64,000 bases of DNA from positions 32,001 to 96,000 of the IMG/VR virus record IMGVR_UViG_3300028602_000002. One strand, 5' to 3'. The notes below the pieces were generated by a model. That model saw only the letters and a list, made by a program, of their open reading frames with translations, was not told where the DNA came from and searched no databases. Of this stretch, positions 47,171-57,178 are shown in pieces (within the stretch, counting starts at the first letter, position 1; every line of letters begins with the position of its first letter). A program made the position numbers and the translations under genes. This DNA comes from a virus (lineage: Duplodnaviria; Caudoviricetes).

Positions 47171-47698
47171 TTATATAATTCTATGAACAATATCATAGAT
47201 TTCTTCTATTGTATCATTATATACTCGATAATCTGTTTTAATATTCTTATTATATGGCTTATCAACTGCTATTTTTATACCTTGGAAGTTTTCTAAAAAG
47301 AAAGGGCTATCGTCAACTATTACATTCGCATTTATTAATTGCTTACTACCAGTTATGATTACTTCTTTTTGACAGTCAATAAATGGCATGTGTTTTCTAA
47401 GCCAATTAAATTTAGATTTAGCTATACTGGCTTGACCAGCCGCATCAGTTGCTATAAGAATACCAAACTTATCTTTTTTCAATTTACTTACAATCTCTAT
47501 AGCATTTGGATAAGGCTCTAAATCATCAAAGAAACCCTCTTGAAGGAAAATATTAGCTATATCTTGTCCAAATTGCCACTCAGTAAAATCTTTTTCAGTT
47601 AGATTTTTATTGAATTTTAGATTATACTCTTTTAATAATTTCTTTAAGAATTGAACAATTACCTCATCCATATCAAACACTATTTTAAAATCTCGCAT
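47171..47698 (-). CDS. 5'(3')-deoxyribonucleotidase (HAD family)
   Basis: FDMDEV, K..WL..H.PF, IVDD, PYN. Confidence 0.85.
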   Translation of the reverse strand: MRDFKIVFDMDEVIVQFLKKLLKEYNLKFNKNLTEKDFTEWQFGQDIANIFLQEGFFDDLEPYPNAIEIVSKLKKDKFGILIATDAAGQASIAKSKFNWLRKHMPFIDCQKEVIITGSKQLINANVIVDDSPFFLENFQGIKIAVDKPYNKNIKTDYRVYNDTIEEIYDIVHRII

Positions 47699-47710
47699 TT
47701 CAACTCTCCT

Positions 47711-48289
47711 TTATATTGTATCTTCTTGATTTCTTCTATACTTTAATAAGTTGTAACGGTATGTTGAGGAATTGATAAAACCACAAGAGTTCATTTCTGG
47801 ACAAAATCCTCTATACATACACTCTGGAACACATTTCTCTACTACTTCAGGTAAGTGTTCTTTTAAATGAGTTAGAAATAAAAACCATGCTTCTTTGGTT
47901 TCCGCTGATGCTTTATTACATAACCTTTTCCTGCTTATATTAATAATAGATTGTAAGTTTGCTGATACCCTCATAGTTACAGGAGAGTCTTGTGGTTTCT
48001 TTTTTCTACTTTCATGCTCTTGAGTACCATTTATATCATCCCTTTGTGTAGATACATAAGGTTGGAAACCTATATGGTGTCTAACCAAGTGAACATGTAT
48101 CCAATAAGGTAAATCAATCCATCTCCAGGTTACAGTTATTTCTCGAATTGGAGAATGCTCAGATAAGAGCATTCCCCTTTTCCAGGAAGTTGGAATTTCT
48201 TTTCCTGAGTATTGTTTCCCAATAGTTTCTAGAGCAGCACTTTTGATTGATTTCCAATTACCTTTTATTTCAAGGATTTCAACTTTCAA
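47711..48289 (-). CDS. thyX: Flavin-dependent thymidylate synthase-like protein
   Basis: EHSPI, HLVRH(H).......STQR, N.QSII.....RLC..A..E, P.C..RG.CPE. Confidence 0.75.
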   Translation of the reverse strand: MKVEILEIKGNWKSIKSAALETIGKQYSGKEIPTSWKRGMLLSEHSPIREITVTWRWIDLPYWIHVHLVRHHIGFQPYVSTQRDDINGTQEHESRKKKPQDSPVTMRVSANLQSIINISRKRLCNKASAETKEAWFLFLTHLKEHLPEVVEKCVPECMYRGFCPEMNSCGFINSSTYRYNLLKYRRNQEDTI

Positions 48290-48306
48290 TATATAATCAC
48301 CCCTTA

Positions 48307-50658
48307 TTATCTAATTGCACAACTTCCACCATCACAGTCATTTAGATCTCCAATATCTAATTCCATTTCTTGTTTTTCATATTTACTTAAAAGAGAAGGA
48401 ATAAAAGGCTTCATAGCAGCTTTCCTTTTATTATATTCCTCTTCTGTAATTTGTTCATATGGCATTAACTTATAAAAAGAATCATCTAAGGATAAGAATG
48501 TTACAGCAACAACGCTATCCCAATTATCCCAGATCCACTGTTCTACTTCTTCCCACTCATGATTCTGAACATGAACAGTAATAGAAGCATTGTGATCTAC
48601 ATAATCTTCCATAAATGATTTATATGTTTCTAATTGCTCAATAGCAGACACATCATATTTGGTTCTATTGGCGGAAGATTTAACTGGAAATTCTATTACT
48701 TTAGTAGTACAATTCTCTTCTGTTTCTCCAACTTCTGGATAAATTGGATACCCTAATTCTTCACAGACTTGACACAAAGGATCTGTAGCTGTGATTCTAA
48801 CTCTCCTAATATAATATGGAGAATGTGCGTGATGTAAACCAGGTGATACTCCAGCTACTAAACTTAATGTCCCTTCTGGTTTAATGGTAGTAATAAGAAT
48901 TGGTGGTTCGTCCCCACACTCAATAGCAATCTGTTTTGCAGCTTTTTGAGACTCTTCTTTAAGTTTCCTTTTTATTTCTTTTTCTTCTTCTTTTGACATT
49001 CCAGTGGCAGCTACCATATCTTGCCAACCAGTCAAGGAGCAACCAATAATCTTAATCTTTTTATGAATTAAATTCCAATCATGTAATTCTAATTCTACTA
49101 ATGACATGCGATAAGCCATTCGAATATTCAGTTCTTGATTTCTTAAGAGTTTTTTAATATTTAACTTACCATTCTCAACACAGCTTAAAACATTCTCAGT
49201 AACTAAATTGCATAGCCCTTTATTAGTTAAAAGAACTTCTCCGCAAGGATTTAATCCTTCAAAATCAATAAATCTTTTAATGGCTTCAACAACGTTTACA
49301 AATCCTGGCTCTCCACTATGTCTAATCTGTTGAAAATGCCATTTTAATTGATCCCTAGTAGGCTTTTGCTGATAAAATATTGTATTATTAGACATCCTTC
49401 TATGGGATAAATGTTTATTTTCTACCCATCCTGAACTTTTCTTCTCAAATAAATTACTTTTTGCTTGCATAGACTCAGTGTCATCAGGACTAATTAAAGC
49501 CATTTGTGATGTGCGTCTAACGCCTCCAACTACTACATTTTCTCCTATAATATTTGCTATATCAATAACATTAATAGGTTCAAATGAAGCATATCCACCT
49601 TTATTACTTCTATCATATCCACTTTTAATTACTCTATCAATTTTATAAAACATTTTTTTAATACTTTCATGACCAGAGGCTTTTCCACCAAAGGTATTTA
49701 ATTTCTCACCAGCGCCTCTTACATGATTATAATTAAGAATTATTTTATTAACTGATTTATACATCTTATCAGTTAGAACTTTTAAAAATTCATATAGAGA
49801 GTCACTCCATCCTTCTTTGCTATCTCCTACAATAATTTCAACAGTATTATTATCTATATAATATACAGAAGTATGATCAACTCTTTCTTCTTTAGGTGTT
49901 GCAATATAATCTTGATGAATTACTTCAATAGTTGTTTTGAATTTTGGTAATAGCTTAACATCTGTTTTTAATACTCTAAAGCCAACACCAGTGCCAAGCA
50001 TAAGGAGGTAAAATAAATCTCGGAATGCTTGGATTGAATTGATAACTAAAAACGCACAATTAAAATTTGACATTGGATAGTTTTCAGAGACCTTTGTACC
50101 ACCAACCCAAAAAGTTCTACCACTTGTAAACTGTCTTAAATTAAATACGTTGTCGTATAATTCTTCAGCTTCTTCTCTTGATGTGGTAGTTAAATTACAA
50201 TTATATTCTATCGCTCTCCTAACAGTTTCCCACCACTGTTCTCTTCTTTTTTCTTCTGGAATCCATCTAGAGTATGTTCTATAATAGGTAAACATTCCTA
50301 ATTGATCCATTGGAGGTTCAGAGTGTTTGTATTGACTTAGGAATTCATCAGTGAGTAATGAAGGAGCGCCTTTCCTCTTCTCTCTTGTTTTACTTCTTTC
50401 ATAGCGATAGATAATATATCTACGAGCGACATCTTTTCTATTACTATTCATAAGTTCTTCTTCAACTAAATCTTGAATTTCTTCCACAGTAGGATCAGTT
50501 GCTTTTTCTTTTAAGTTATTCTCTATTTTAGAAGCTATTGATTGACTTAGCTCTTCATCTACCCCTATTAATGTTTCTTTCATAGCATTATTAATTGCAG
50601 TAGCAATCTTTCCTGAATTAAAGATTACTATTTTCCCGTCTCTTTTAATTAACTTCAA
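48307..50658 (-). CDS. nrdJ: Class II (B12-dependent) ribonucleotide reductase with N-terminal ATP cone
   Basis: IKRDG ATP cone, YYRTYSR, FNC, VGGVRR, NPCGE, TIKPEGT, C-terminal CDGGSC. Confidence 0.9.
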   Translation of the reverse strand: MKLIKRDGKIVIFNSGKIATAINNAMKETLIGVDEELSQSIASKIENNLKEKATDPTVEEIQDLVEEELMNSNRKDVARRYIIYRYERSKTREKRKGAPSLLTDEFLSQYKHSEPPMDQLGMFTYYRTYSRWIPEEKRREQWWETVRRAIEYNCNLTTTSREEAEELYDNVFNLRQFTSGRTFWVGGTKVSENYPMSNFNCAFLVINSIQAFRDLFYLLMLGTGVGFRVLKTDVKLLPKFKTTIEVIHQDYIATPKEERVDHTSVYYIDNNTVEIIVGDSKEGWSDSLYEFLKVLTDKMYKSVNKIILNYNHVRGAGEKLNTFGGKASGHESIKKMFYKIDRVIKSGYDRSNKGGYASFEPINVIDIANIIGENVVVGGVRRTSQMALISPDDTESMQAKSNLFEKKSSGWVENKHLSHRRMSNNTIFYQQKPTRDQLKWHFQQIRHSGEPGFVNVVEAIKRFIDFEGLNPCGEVLLTNKGLCNLVTENVLSCVENGKLNIKKLLRNQELNIRMAYRMSLVELELHDWNLIHKKIKIIGCSLTGWQDMVAATGMSKEEEKEIKRKLKEESQKAAKQIAIECGDEPPILITTIKPEGTLSLVAGVSPGLHHAHSPYYIRRVRITATDPLCQVCEELGYPIYPEVGETEENCTTKVIEFPVKSSANRTKYDVSAIEQLETYKSFMEDYVDHNASITVHVQNHEWEEVEQWIWDNWDSVVAVTFLSLDDSFYKLMPYEQITEEEYNKRKAAMKPFIPSLLSKYEKQEMELDIGDLNDCDGGSCAIR

Positions 50659-50677
50659 TAATATTCCTCCTATTGTG

Positions 50678-50959
50678 TTATACTTTCTCCTTCAATTCTC
50701 TAGATTTTAAGAAGGGTTCTAGTTCACTCCAGAATCCACTCATGCCACATTGAGATATAAAATAATCTGCACTAGCACCAGTTCGTCCTTGTATCTTAAA
50801 CCCTTCATCATTCTCATATTCATATGACCTAACAAACCCTTTTGCTATTAGAGTATTAGGTTTAAATCCATACCTTTTTAGTATTTCATAATGCCATTGA
50901 TTCTCTACTTTATGCTCTACTTCATTAGCTTTATTGAAATCCTCTAACTCTTTATTCAT
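50678..50959 (-). CDS. Hypothetical protein
   Basis: AAGGAGG RBS, 93 aa. Confidence 0.65.
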   Translation of the reverse strand: MNKELEDFNKANEVEHKVENQWHYEILKRYGFKPNTLIAKGFVRSYEYENDEGFKIQGRTGASADYFISQCGMSGFWSELEPFLKSRELKEKV

Positions 50960-50963
50960 TAAT

Positions 50964-51530
50964 TTAGCCTCCTTGAGGTTGATAAGTTTTTTCAGCTGTT
51001 ATAATTTTATCAATTTGTTGATACATGTCTACTAAAGAGCCATTATTATCAATCTGATAATCGCATTGAGAAATACATATCTTAGCCTCTTCTTCTATAA
51101 TGTGATTAAAGTATTTTATTGGATCTTCTCCATCTTTTTGGATTAATCTATCTCTCCTAATTTCATCATCTACATTAATACCAATAGTGGTAAAATCTCT
51201 ATCTCTCCAATAAATCAAATCAGCGAATTTTCTTCCGTCAGCTATAACTATATCAGGAGGCATTTCTCCATATCCTAAATATAGGTCTTGTTGCTTTTGA
51301 ACTAATTCCATTAATAAATTATTCCAAACAAAACTCCCAAACATTACTCTACATTGTTCAGCAAAGAGCTGGTATAGAAATTTATTATCTAATTGCTGAT
51401 AGTTCATCATGTTGGTAATTTTAGTAATATAAGAGGATATATTATACTTTAAACAATTTGTTGTTTTTATAAAATAATTAGCAGCGGTAGACCTTCCACA
51501 ACCCATTGGACCAAATAAAATAATATTCAT
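50964..51530 (-). CDS. Nucleoside monophosphate kinase-like P-loop protein
   Basis: GPMGCGRST, IADGR, R..RL, H..E, IDNNGSL. Confidence 0.7.
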   Translation of the reverse strand: MNIILFGPMGCGRSTAANYFIKTTNCLKYNISSYITKITNMMNYQQLDNKFLYQLFAEQCRVMFGSFVWNNLLMELVQKQQDLYLGYGEMPPDIVIADGRKFADLIYWRDRDFTTIGINVDDEIRRDRLIQKDGEDPIKYFNHIIEEEAKICISQCDYQIDNNGSLVDMYQQIDKIITAEKTYQPQGG

Positions 51531-51604
51531 TAGTATTTCCGACCTCCTCCCACACCCACTATAAGCATTATAAATAAAACACCAAAAATTCCGATTACTT
51601 CCAT
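51530..51604 (-). CDS. 24 aa membrane micro-protein, absent from the ORF track
   Basis: GGAGGG RBS; MEVIGIFGVLFIMLIVGVGGGRKY*; TAATG coupling to the next gene. Confidence 0.6.
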   Translation of the reverse strand: MEVIGIFGVLFIMLIVGVGGGRKY

Positions 51605-51605
51605 A

Positions 51606-54600
51606 TTATAGTCCCTCCTCTTTTGGATTATCTGCCCTATACGCTTCAGCGGAAATATCTCCTGTTTCTTCATCTATATCAGTGATTAAATATATTGCAT
51701 GTTTAAACACTGAGTTTTTGTAAACTTTTGGCTGAAAAATATCCCCTCTTCTTATTCCAGTTAACAATAATTTATTACCTCTTTTGAACCATGATTTCTC
51801 TACTATTTTCTTTTTACCATCTTCTCCTGTTTCTGATATTTGCTTATCAAAATAACTAAATTGATCTCTATAAAGTTTAACATGAACTACTCCAGAAGTG
51901 GTTAATAATGTAACGGTATGTCTGTATTTATTTCTATCAAGAACTGTTCCAGCTATTCGATGTAATTTATATATTTTGATAATTCTTCCATATGCTTCAT
52001 ATTCATCCATTACAATGGGATTTTCTGGTAGTGAGTTAAAATCATCAATACTATATTTCTCTAAGTTTACTTTTGATAATTCATGTTCATGGTAATAGAA
52101 TGAAACAGAATCCATTTCCCAATGACTTATATTACCACTTGCATATTTTTCCCATTCTTCAATAAATAGTTTATAATTTAATTCTGTTAATAGCTCTGGA
52201 GTTTCTTTAATATATTTTCTAACATCATCCATTTTCTTTTGATAAATTTTATCCCATTGTTTTTGGTTGATGTAGTATTTTTTATCCTTAACTATTAATA
52301 AATCATTATCAAAATTCTGTTGGTAAAAATCTAATGCTATAGAATCTAATTCAAAATTATTCCCTTCTTTGAATTTCTTTAAATATTTATTAAAGAAAAA
52401 CACTCTTTCATGGAAATGTAATTCTTCAGGAATTAATCCATACCTACTAAGCATTTGAAAGTTCTGTAAAGTTAGTCTTTTCTTTTCTCCACAAATAGAC
52501 TTAATATACTCTTTCATAATCTCCACTTTATCTTTTCCTTCAATTTCATCAAATGCTCCTGCTTTTATTAAATTTATTACTTTATCTTTACTAATTTTAA
52601 CCTTATTCAAAAAATCTTTCAATGATTTATAAGGACGATTCTTAATAATTTCTATACATAAATCATTGCCAACTTTGTTAATACCTTTCAAACCAAAAAG
52701 AATTCTGTTATTTGGAGCATCTGGGACAAATCCAAATTTAGATTTATTAACATGAGGAAGGGCAATTTCTACTCCTCTGTTCATTATATTTCCAATAGCT
52801 GATGCAATCTTACCATAATCAGTAGTTTGTTGTTTCTCTTGCTCTTCATCAGCAGAGCCAGAATTTACAGATAAACAAGCAGTATTCCAGTAAACTGATG
52901 GATAATGAAATGCTAGATTCATTTGTTGTAAAGCAATTAAAGAATAAGGCATAGTATGATTCTTACTGAATGAATACCCTAATTGTCTTTTAATTTGCAC
53001 ATTCCATACATAGTTTAGTAAAGTATCACTAGTGCCTGTAGCTTTACCCTTCTCAAAAAATTCTTTTTTAGATTCTAACATTACTTTTTCTGATTTCTTC
53101 CCAATAGCTTTCCTTAATTTATTAGCTTCTGGAATTGAAAAATTAGAAATCTTTGGATCCATAGATAGCTCCATAACTACTTCTTGAGTGTCGGCAACTC
53201 CATAAATACTCTTTAAATGTTTTTCTAAGACTCTTACTTCATTATCTTTTAAACCATATAAACGCATTTCTTCATACCACAGATTAATATCTTCTTTAAA
53301 TATTTTATATTCTTCTAGTGGTTGTTTAGAAGCCTCTGATGACATTAACCTCATAAGAGAGTTAGCAACAGCTAATTCTAAAAGATTAGTTGGTTTAACT
53401 AACTTAGCAGCGGCTAAACCTACCTCTGTATCAAACTGGAACAAATCTATAATGTCATTGTTCCCAATCATTTTCCACATTTCTGGGGTTTGATAATCTA
53501 AAACATCTGGGTGTAGATATTTATTATAGTTAGCTTTCAAGGTCATTTGATCCTCTATAACTTTATCTTCTAGCATGTAATCTAATGTTAGTCTGATTTT
53601 ATCAAGAGCTTGAATAGTTAAGAAATCAAATTTCATACCTCCTAAATAGTCACTATCACCCATATCAAACTGTGTGATGATTTGTCCATTTGGTGCTCGC
53701 ATTATCGCATTATAATTAATATAACTACCATTGTAAATATAAACACCAGAGGCATGAACAGATCTTTTATTAACTAATCCTTCTATTTTAAGAATAATCT
53801 CTTTTAACCCTGGATAGCGGTCTATCTCCGTAACTAAATCTTTAACTGGTCTTCTTTGTTTTTCTTCATTTCCTTGAAGACAATCATTAATAGACCAATT
53901 AAAACCTCTTTCTACTGGTACTAAACTAGCCATATATAATGCAGTATCTACATCAATTCCGTCTTTAAAGTTTTCATCTCTATACCCTCTACAGGCTGTT
54001 AAAATAGCACTCTTAGAACTTTCTGTTCCAAAAGTACAAATATTAATCACAGAATCTTCACCAAAGAAATCTTTAACCGCTTCTAATATAGTAATTCTTT
54101 TGGTTGCTTGAGTATCAATATCAATATCAGGCATTTCTGGTCTTTCGGCAGTCAAATGTCTCCAATGAGGTAAATCCCAATCAACTGCATCCATTTGAAC
54201 TATATCTGTAAGATAGCAAATGAAATATCCTGTAACACTTCCTCTTGCCGGTCCTACTATACTATCTCCATCTTCCCACATAATGTCTATAATTTTTTTA
54301 GCAGTATTATAATATGCTGATACTCTATCATGTATAACATCACTAATTTTCCAAACTTCTTCTAACTCCATATCAATTCTTTTAATATGAATATCTTTAG
54401 TAAATTCCTTTTTTTGAGATTTTTCTTTATATCCTTCTTCGATTTGGTATAGTAAATATCTATCCTGTCCATTTTTACTATAGGCAAACTTTTTAATATA
54501 TTCAAACTCATCATAGTAATTAATAAATAAATGATTTAATTCAAACTCTGGCAAAGTGAATAGAGGAACTTGTGGCTCATCTTTTAAATCATATTCTTCA

Positions 54601-55511
54601 CAGGCATTATAGATCCTCATAGTATTGATAATACATTCATTGGCACTTTTCTCTGAAAATCCATTGTATTCCATCAGATACCTTATGATTTCAGAAGTTG
54701 GCATCAGGAATGTGGAACTATAAAAATCGTCAACCTCTCTGTCACCTTGTTTGCTATTAAGATATGCTTTATGAATTGGTCTTTCACTTTTATTCAAATA
54801 ATGAGCATCAGTAGTTATAATCAATGGTATTTCATAAGCACTAGCGATCTTTGCAGCGTGTATATTGTATAATATTTGCTCTTGACTCTCTTCACTTGGT
54901 TGAATTTCAATAAAAAAGTTCTCTTGCCCAAATAAATTAAGACACCATAATATAAAATTATGGATTTCTTCTTTAATCTTTTGATTATCTTCATCTACTG
55001 CATGTTGCAATACTTTTTGACCAAAAAAAGAACCAATACATGCTGTAGAGGCTATTAAATTTCCAGGAGATTTCTTAACTATTTCTTCTAATTGAGAGTA
55101 AGTTATAGGAACTCTATCCATTCCTTTTTGAGAGAAAGCATTACTCCAGGCTTGAGAACTTGCTTCTCTTAATAACTTATGACCTTCTTTATTTTTCGCT
55201 AACAATAGAAAGTGGTAATATCTCATTGTCTTAGAATCATAATTATCTTTATAATTATCTAAATCATCTATTAAATAGATTTCATTCCCTAAAATTAATT
55301 TAAAGTCTTTAGGAATTTTTCCCTTCTGTTTCTGTTCTTTAACATGTCTAATGGCTTTTACGTGACCAGATAAAGATTCATGGTCTGTTATTCCAATACC
55401 ATTATATCCAGCTTCTACTGCCCCATTAATCAGGTCTGTTATCCCATTAATAGAATCTAGTAGTCTTAAATTTGAATACTCAGAGTGAGTATGAACATTT
55501 GTATAGTGCAA
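51606..55511 (-). CDS. dnaE: DNA polymerase III alpha subunit
   Basis: PHP domain (HTHSEYS, ITDHE, TTDAHY), GPARGS, PDIDID, HASG, KFDFL, GYSFSKNH. Confidence 0.95.
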   Translation of the reverse strand: MHYTNVHTHSEYSNLRLLDSINGITDLINGAVEAGYNGIGITDHESLSGHVKAIRHVKEQKQKGKIPKDFKLILGNEIYLIDDLDNYKDNYDSKTMRYYHFLLLAKNKEGHKLLREASSQAWSNAFSQKGMDRVPITYSQLEEIVKKSPGNLIASTACIGSFFGQKVLQHAVDEDNQKIKEEIHNFILWCLNLFGQENFFIEIQPSEESQEQILYNIHAAKIASAYEIPLIITTDAHYLNKSERPIHKAYLNSKQGDREVDDFYSSTFLMPTSEIIRYLMEYNGFSEKSANECIINTMRIYNACEEYDLKDEPQVPLFTLPEFELNHLFINYYDEFEYIKKFAYSKNGQDRYLLYQIEEGYKEKSQKKEFTKDIHIKRIDMELEEVWKISDVIHDRVSAYYNTAKKIIDIMWEDGDSIVGPARGSVTGYFICYLTDIVQMDAVDWDLPHWRHLTAERPEMPDIDIDTQATKRITILEAVKDFFGEDSVINICTFGTESSKSAILTACRGYRDENFKDGIDVDTALYMASLVPVERGFNWSINDCLQGNEEKQRRPVKDLVTEIDRYPGLKEIILKIEGLVNKRSVHASGVYIYNGSYINYNAIMRAPNGQIITQFDMGDSDYLGGMKFDFLTIQALDKIRLTLDYMLEDKVIEDQMTLKANYNKYLHPDVLDYQTPEMWKMIGNNDIIDLFQFDTEVGLAAAKLVKPTNLLELAVANSLMRLMSSEASKQPLEEYKIFKEDINLWYEEMRLYGLKDNEVRVLEKHLKSIYGVADTQEVVMELSMDPKISNFSIPEANKLRKAIGKKSEKVMLESKKEFFEKGKATGTSDTLLNYVWNVQIKRQLGYSFSKNHTMPYSLIALQQMNLAFHYPSVYWNTACLSVNSGSADEEQEKQQTTDYGKIASAIGNIMNRGVEIALPHVNKSKFGFVPDAPNNRILFGLKGINKVGNDLCIEIIKNRPYKSLKDFLNKVKISKDKVINLIKAGAFDEIEGKDKVEIMKEYIKSICGEKKRLTLQNFQMLSRYGLIPEELHFHERVFFFNKYLKKFKEGNNFELDSIALDFYQQNFDNDLLIVKDKKYYINQKQWDKIYQKKMDDVRKYIKETPELLTELNYKLFIEEWEKYASGNISHWEMDSVSFYYHEHELSKVNLEKYSIDDFNSLPENPIVMDEYEAYGRIIKIYKLHRIAGTVLDRNKYRHTVTLLTTSGVVHVKLYRDQFSYFDKQISETGEDGKKKIVEKSWFKRGNKLLLTGIRRGDIFQPKVYKNSVFKHAIYLITDIDEETGDISAEAYRADNPKEEGL

Positions 55512-55541
55512 CTTCTTTCCTCCTTCAATTATTCTATATAT

Positions 55542-55570
55542 ATTATATCATAAATTCTAGGTTTTGTAAA
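55542..55570 (-). promoter_or_regulatory. SigA-type promoter upstream of dnaE
   Basis: TTTACA-N17-TATAAT with extended -10 TG. Confidence 0.75.
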
Positions 55571-55574
55571 GTAA

Positions 55575-55844
55575 TTAACTAATTGTATTATTGTAATATG
55601 ATTGATACTCTTCATTCTTACTAAAGAAGTTAGTTTCACCATCCTGTGAAGAAAAATCTGCAAAGCTATTAAGGAATTCTTCAAACTGCCCATTTACTTG
55701 ATCATCAATCATTCTTTCTACAGCTGGGTATAAAAATTTAAATCTTAAATATTTTATTGGCAATCTTAACTTACCCAAAATATAAACAACTTTACTCCAA
55801 AAGACAGCTTTTTTCCTATCTTTTTCTTTATAATATACTTTCAT
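55575..55844 (-). CDS. Hypothetical protein
   Basis: GGAGG RBS; overlap-coupled to the upstream gene. Confidence 0.6.
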   Translation of the reverse strand: MKVYYKEKDRKKAVFWSKVVYILGKLRLPIKYLRFKFLYPAVERMIDDQVNGQFEEFLNSFADFSSQDGETNFFSKNEEYQSYYNNTIS

Positions 55845-56056
55845 TTAATAATCCTCCATTCATGAGGATAGTCTCTCCTAACGATTCTTAAAGCTATAAT
55901 TTTTTGCAGATCGTGAATACCATTAGTAAATTCTTCTAAATCATTAGGATGCTGTGGAGAGAGTTTTAAAAACTGATTATAAGCTGATACAATATGTTGC
56001 ATTATATTAGACTCTTCATCAGTCATTCCTGACGATATTATATTTCTTTCTTCCAT
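55841..56056 (-). CDS. Hypothetical protein (likely start ATG 56056)
   Basis: GGAG RBS; N.F.KL..QHP.D..EF..GIH.LQ. Confidence 0.6.
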   Translation of the reverse strand: MEERNIISSGMTDEESNIMQHIVSAYNQFLKLSPQHPNDLEEFTNGIHDLQKIIALRIVRRDYPHEWRIIK

Positions 56057-56856
56057 CCGTAATTCTCCAATCTTTTTCCAGCAATTGTAATATACTTTTG
56101 CACCATATCTATTCCTATCCAGTTTCTGTTTAATAAATGAGCCATCTTGCAAGTTGTGCCACTTCCACACAAAGGATCTAAAACTAAATCTCCTTCATTT
56201 GACCATGATAAAATATGATCTTTAGCTAGTTGTTCTGGGAAAATAGCAGGATGATCAAATGCTATCTTGTCTGGGGTAGATACATTACCACCAGCACTTA
56301 TTCTCCAAATATTAAATCTCATACCATATTCTTGTGTGGGTTTTGTATCTGATCTTTCTTTTAAACTACCATCAAACTGTCTTATAGTATTCTTTCCCCA
56401 TCGAGTTTGCCCAGCGTAAATATTTTTTCTATCTTTAATTGGATTAAAAGTTTTTAATTTACCTTTCACTAAGACAAACATATACTCAAAAATTTGATGA
56501 TACCTATTACTAGAAGGATTAGAAAAGCCTGTTTTTTCATAAATCATAGTATCATGGATTTTAAATCCACAACCATCTTTAAAATAGAGAGCATGTTTAA
56601 AAGAAGTTAAGCTTTCTGTTCCATCCTTTGTTTGGTCTCCTACAATCCATACTACTACTCCACCTGGTTTAGTTACTCTGTATAGTTGTTTAGCGATACT
56701 TTTAAAATCCTCAAATGTAAATAATGATCCTTCATAGCTTCTCATTTTATCATAAGGTGGAGATGTTATTGTTAAATCTACAAAATTAGCAGGCATATCA
56801 CACATTATTTCTGCCGCTTCTCCTATATAAAATCTATTTACTTCTATCTTAATCAC
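56038..56856 (-). CDS. DNA amino-methyltransferase (N4-C/N6-A, beta class)
   Basis: TSPPY precedes HPAIFP and VLDPLCGSGTT. Confidence 0.9.
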   Translation of the reverse strand: MIKIEVNRFYIGEAAEIMCDMPANFVDLTITSPPYDKMRSYEGSLFTFEDFKSIAKQLYRVTKPGGVVVWIVGDQTKDGTESLTSFKHALYFKDGCGFKIHDTMIYEKTGFSNPSSNRYHQIFEYMFVLVKGKLKTFNPIKDRKNIYAGQTRWGKNTIRQFDGSLKERSDTKPTQEYGMRFNIWRISAGGNVSTPDKIAFDHPAIFPEQLAKDHILSWSNEGDLVLDPLCGSGTTCKMAHLLNRNWIGIDMVQKYITIAGKRLENYGWKKEI

Positions 56857-56862
56857 CTACTT

Positions 56863-57165
56863 TTAAATATTTATCCATAAAGCTGAAAAATTAAAATCTA
56901 AAATAGTGTTGTTTTCTTTCTTTTGAATAGATAATTCTGGTTCAATTCTTGTCCACAATTTTCCTTTTATTATTAATTCATCTTTATCATGCCAATTTGC
57001 TTCTGTAACTATACCTATTACTCCATCATTTTTATCAACTATAGGAGCATCTTTAAAAGAATTTATTGCTTTTTCGATAGCTTGTTTTGTAAATTGAATT
57101 TTATTTTTATTATCAATCAAAGGAAGACTTAAAGAAAATACACATTCAACTATATCTTTTCTCAT
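56863..57165 (-). CDS. Hypothetical protein resembling a minimal prohead-protease fold
   Basis: NKN...F....IE.A..S....PI...IG.V...IKGKLW. Confidence 0.5.
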   Translation of the reverse strand: MRKDIVECVFSLSLPLIDNKNKIQFTKQAIEKAINSFKDAPIVDKNDGVIGIVTEANWHDKDELIIKGKLWTRIEPELSIQKKENNTILDFNFSALWINI

Positions 57166-57178
57166 TTTATATCACCCT

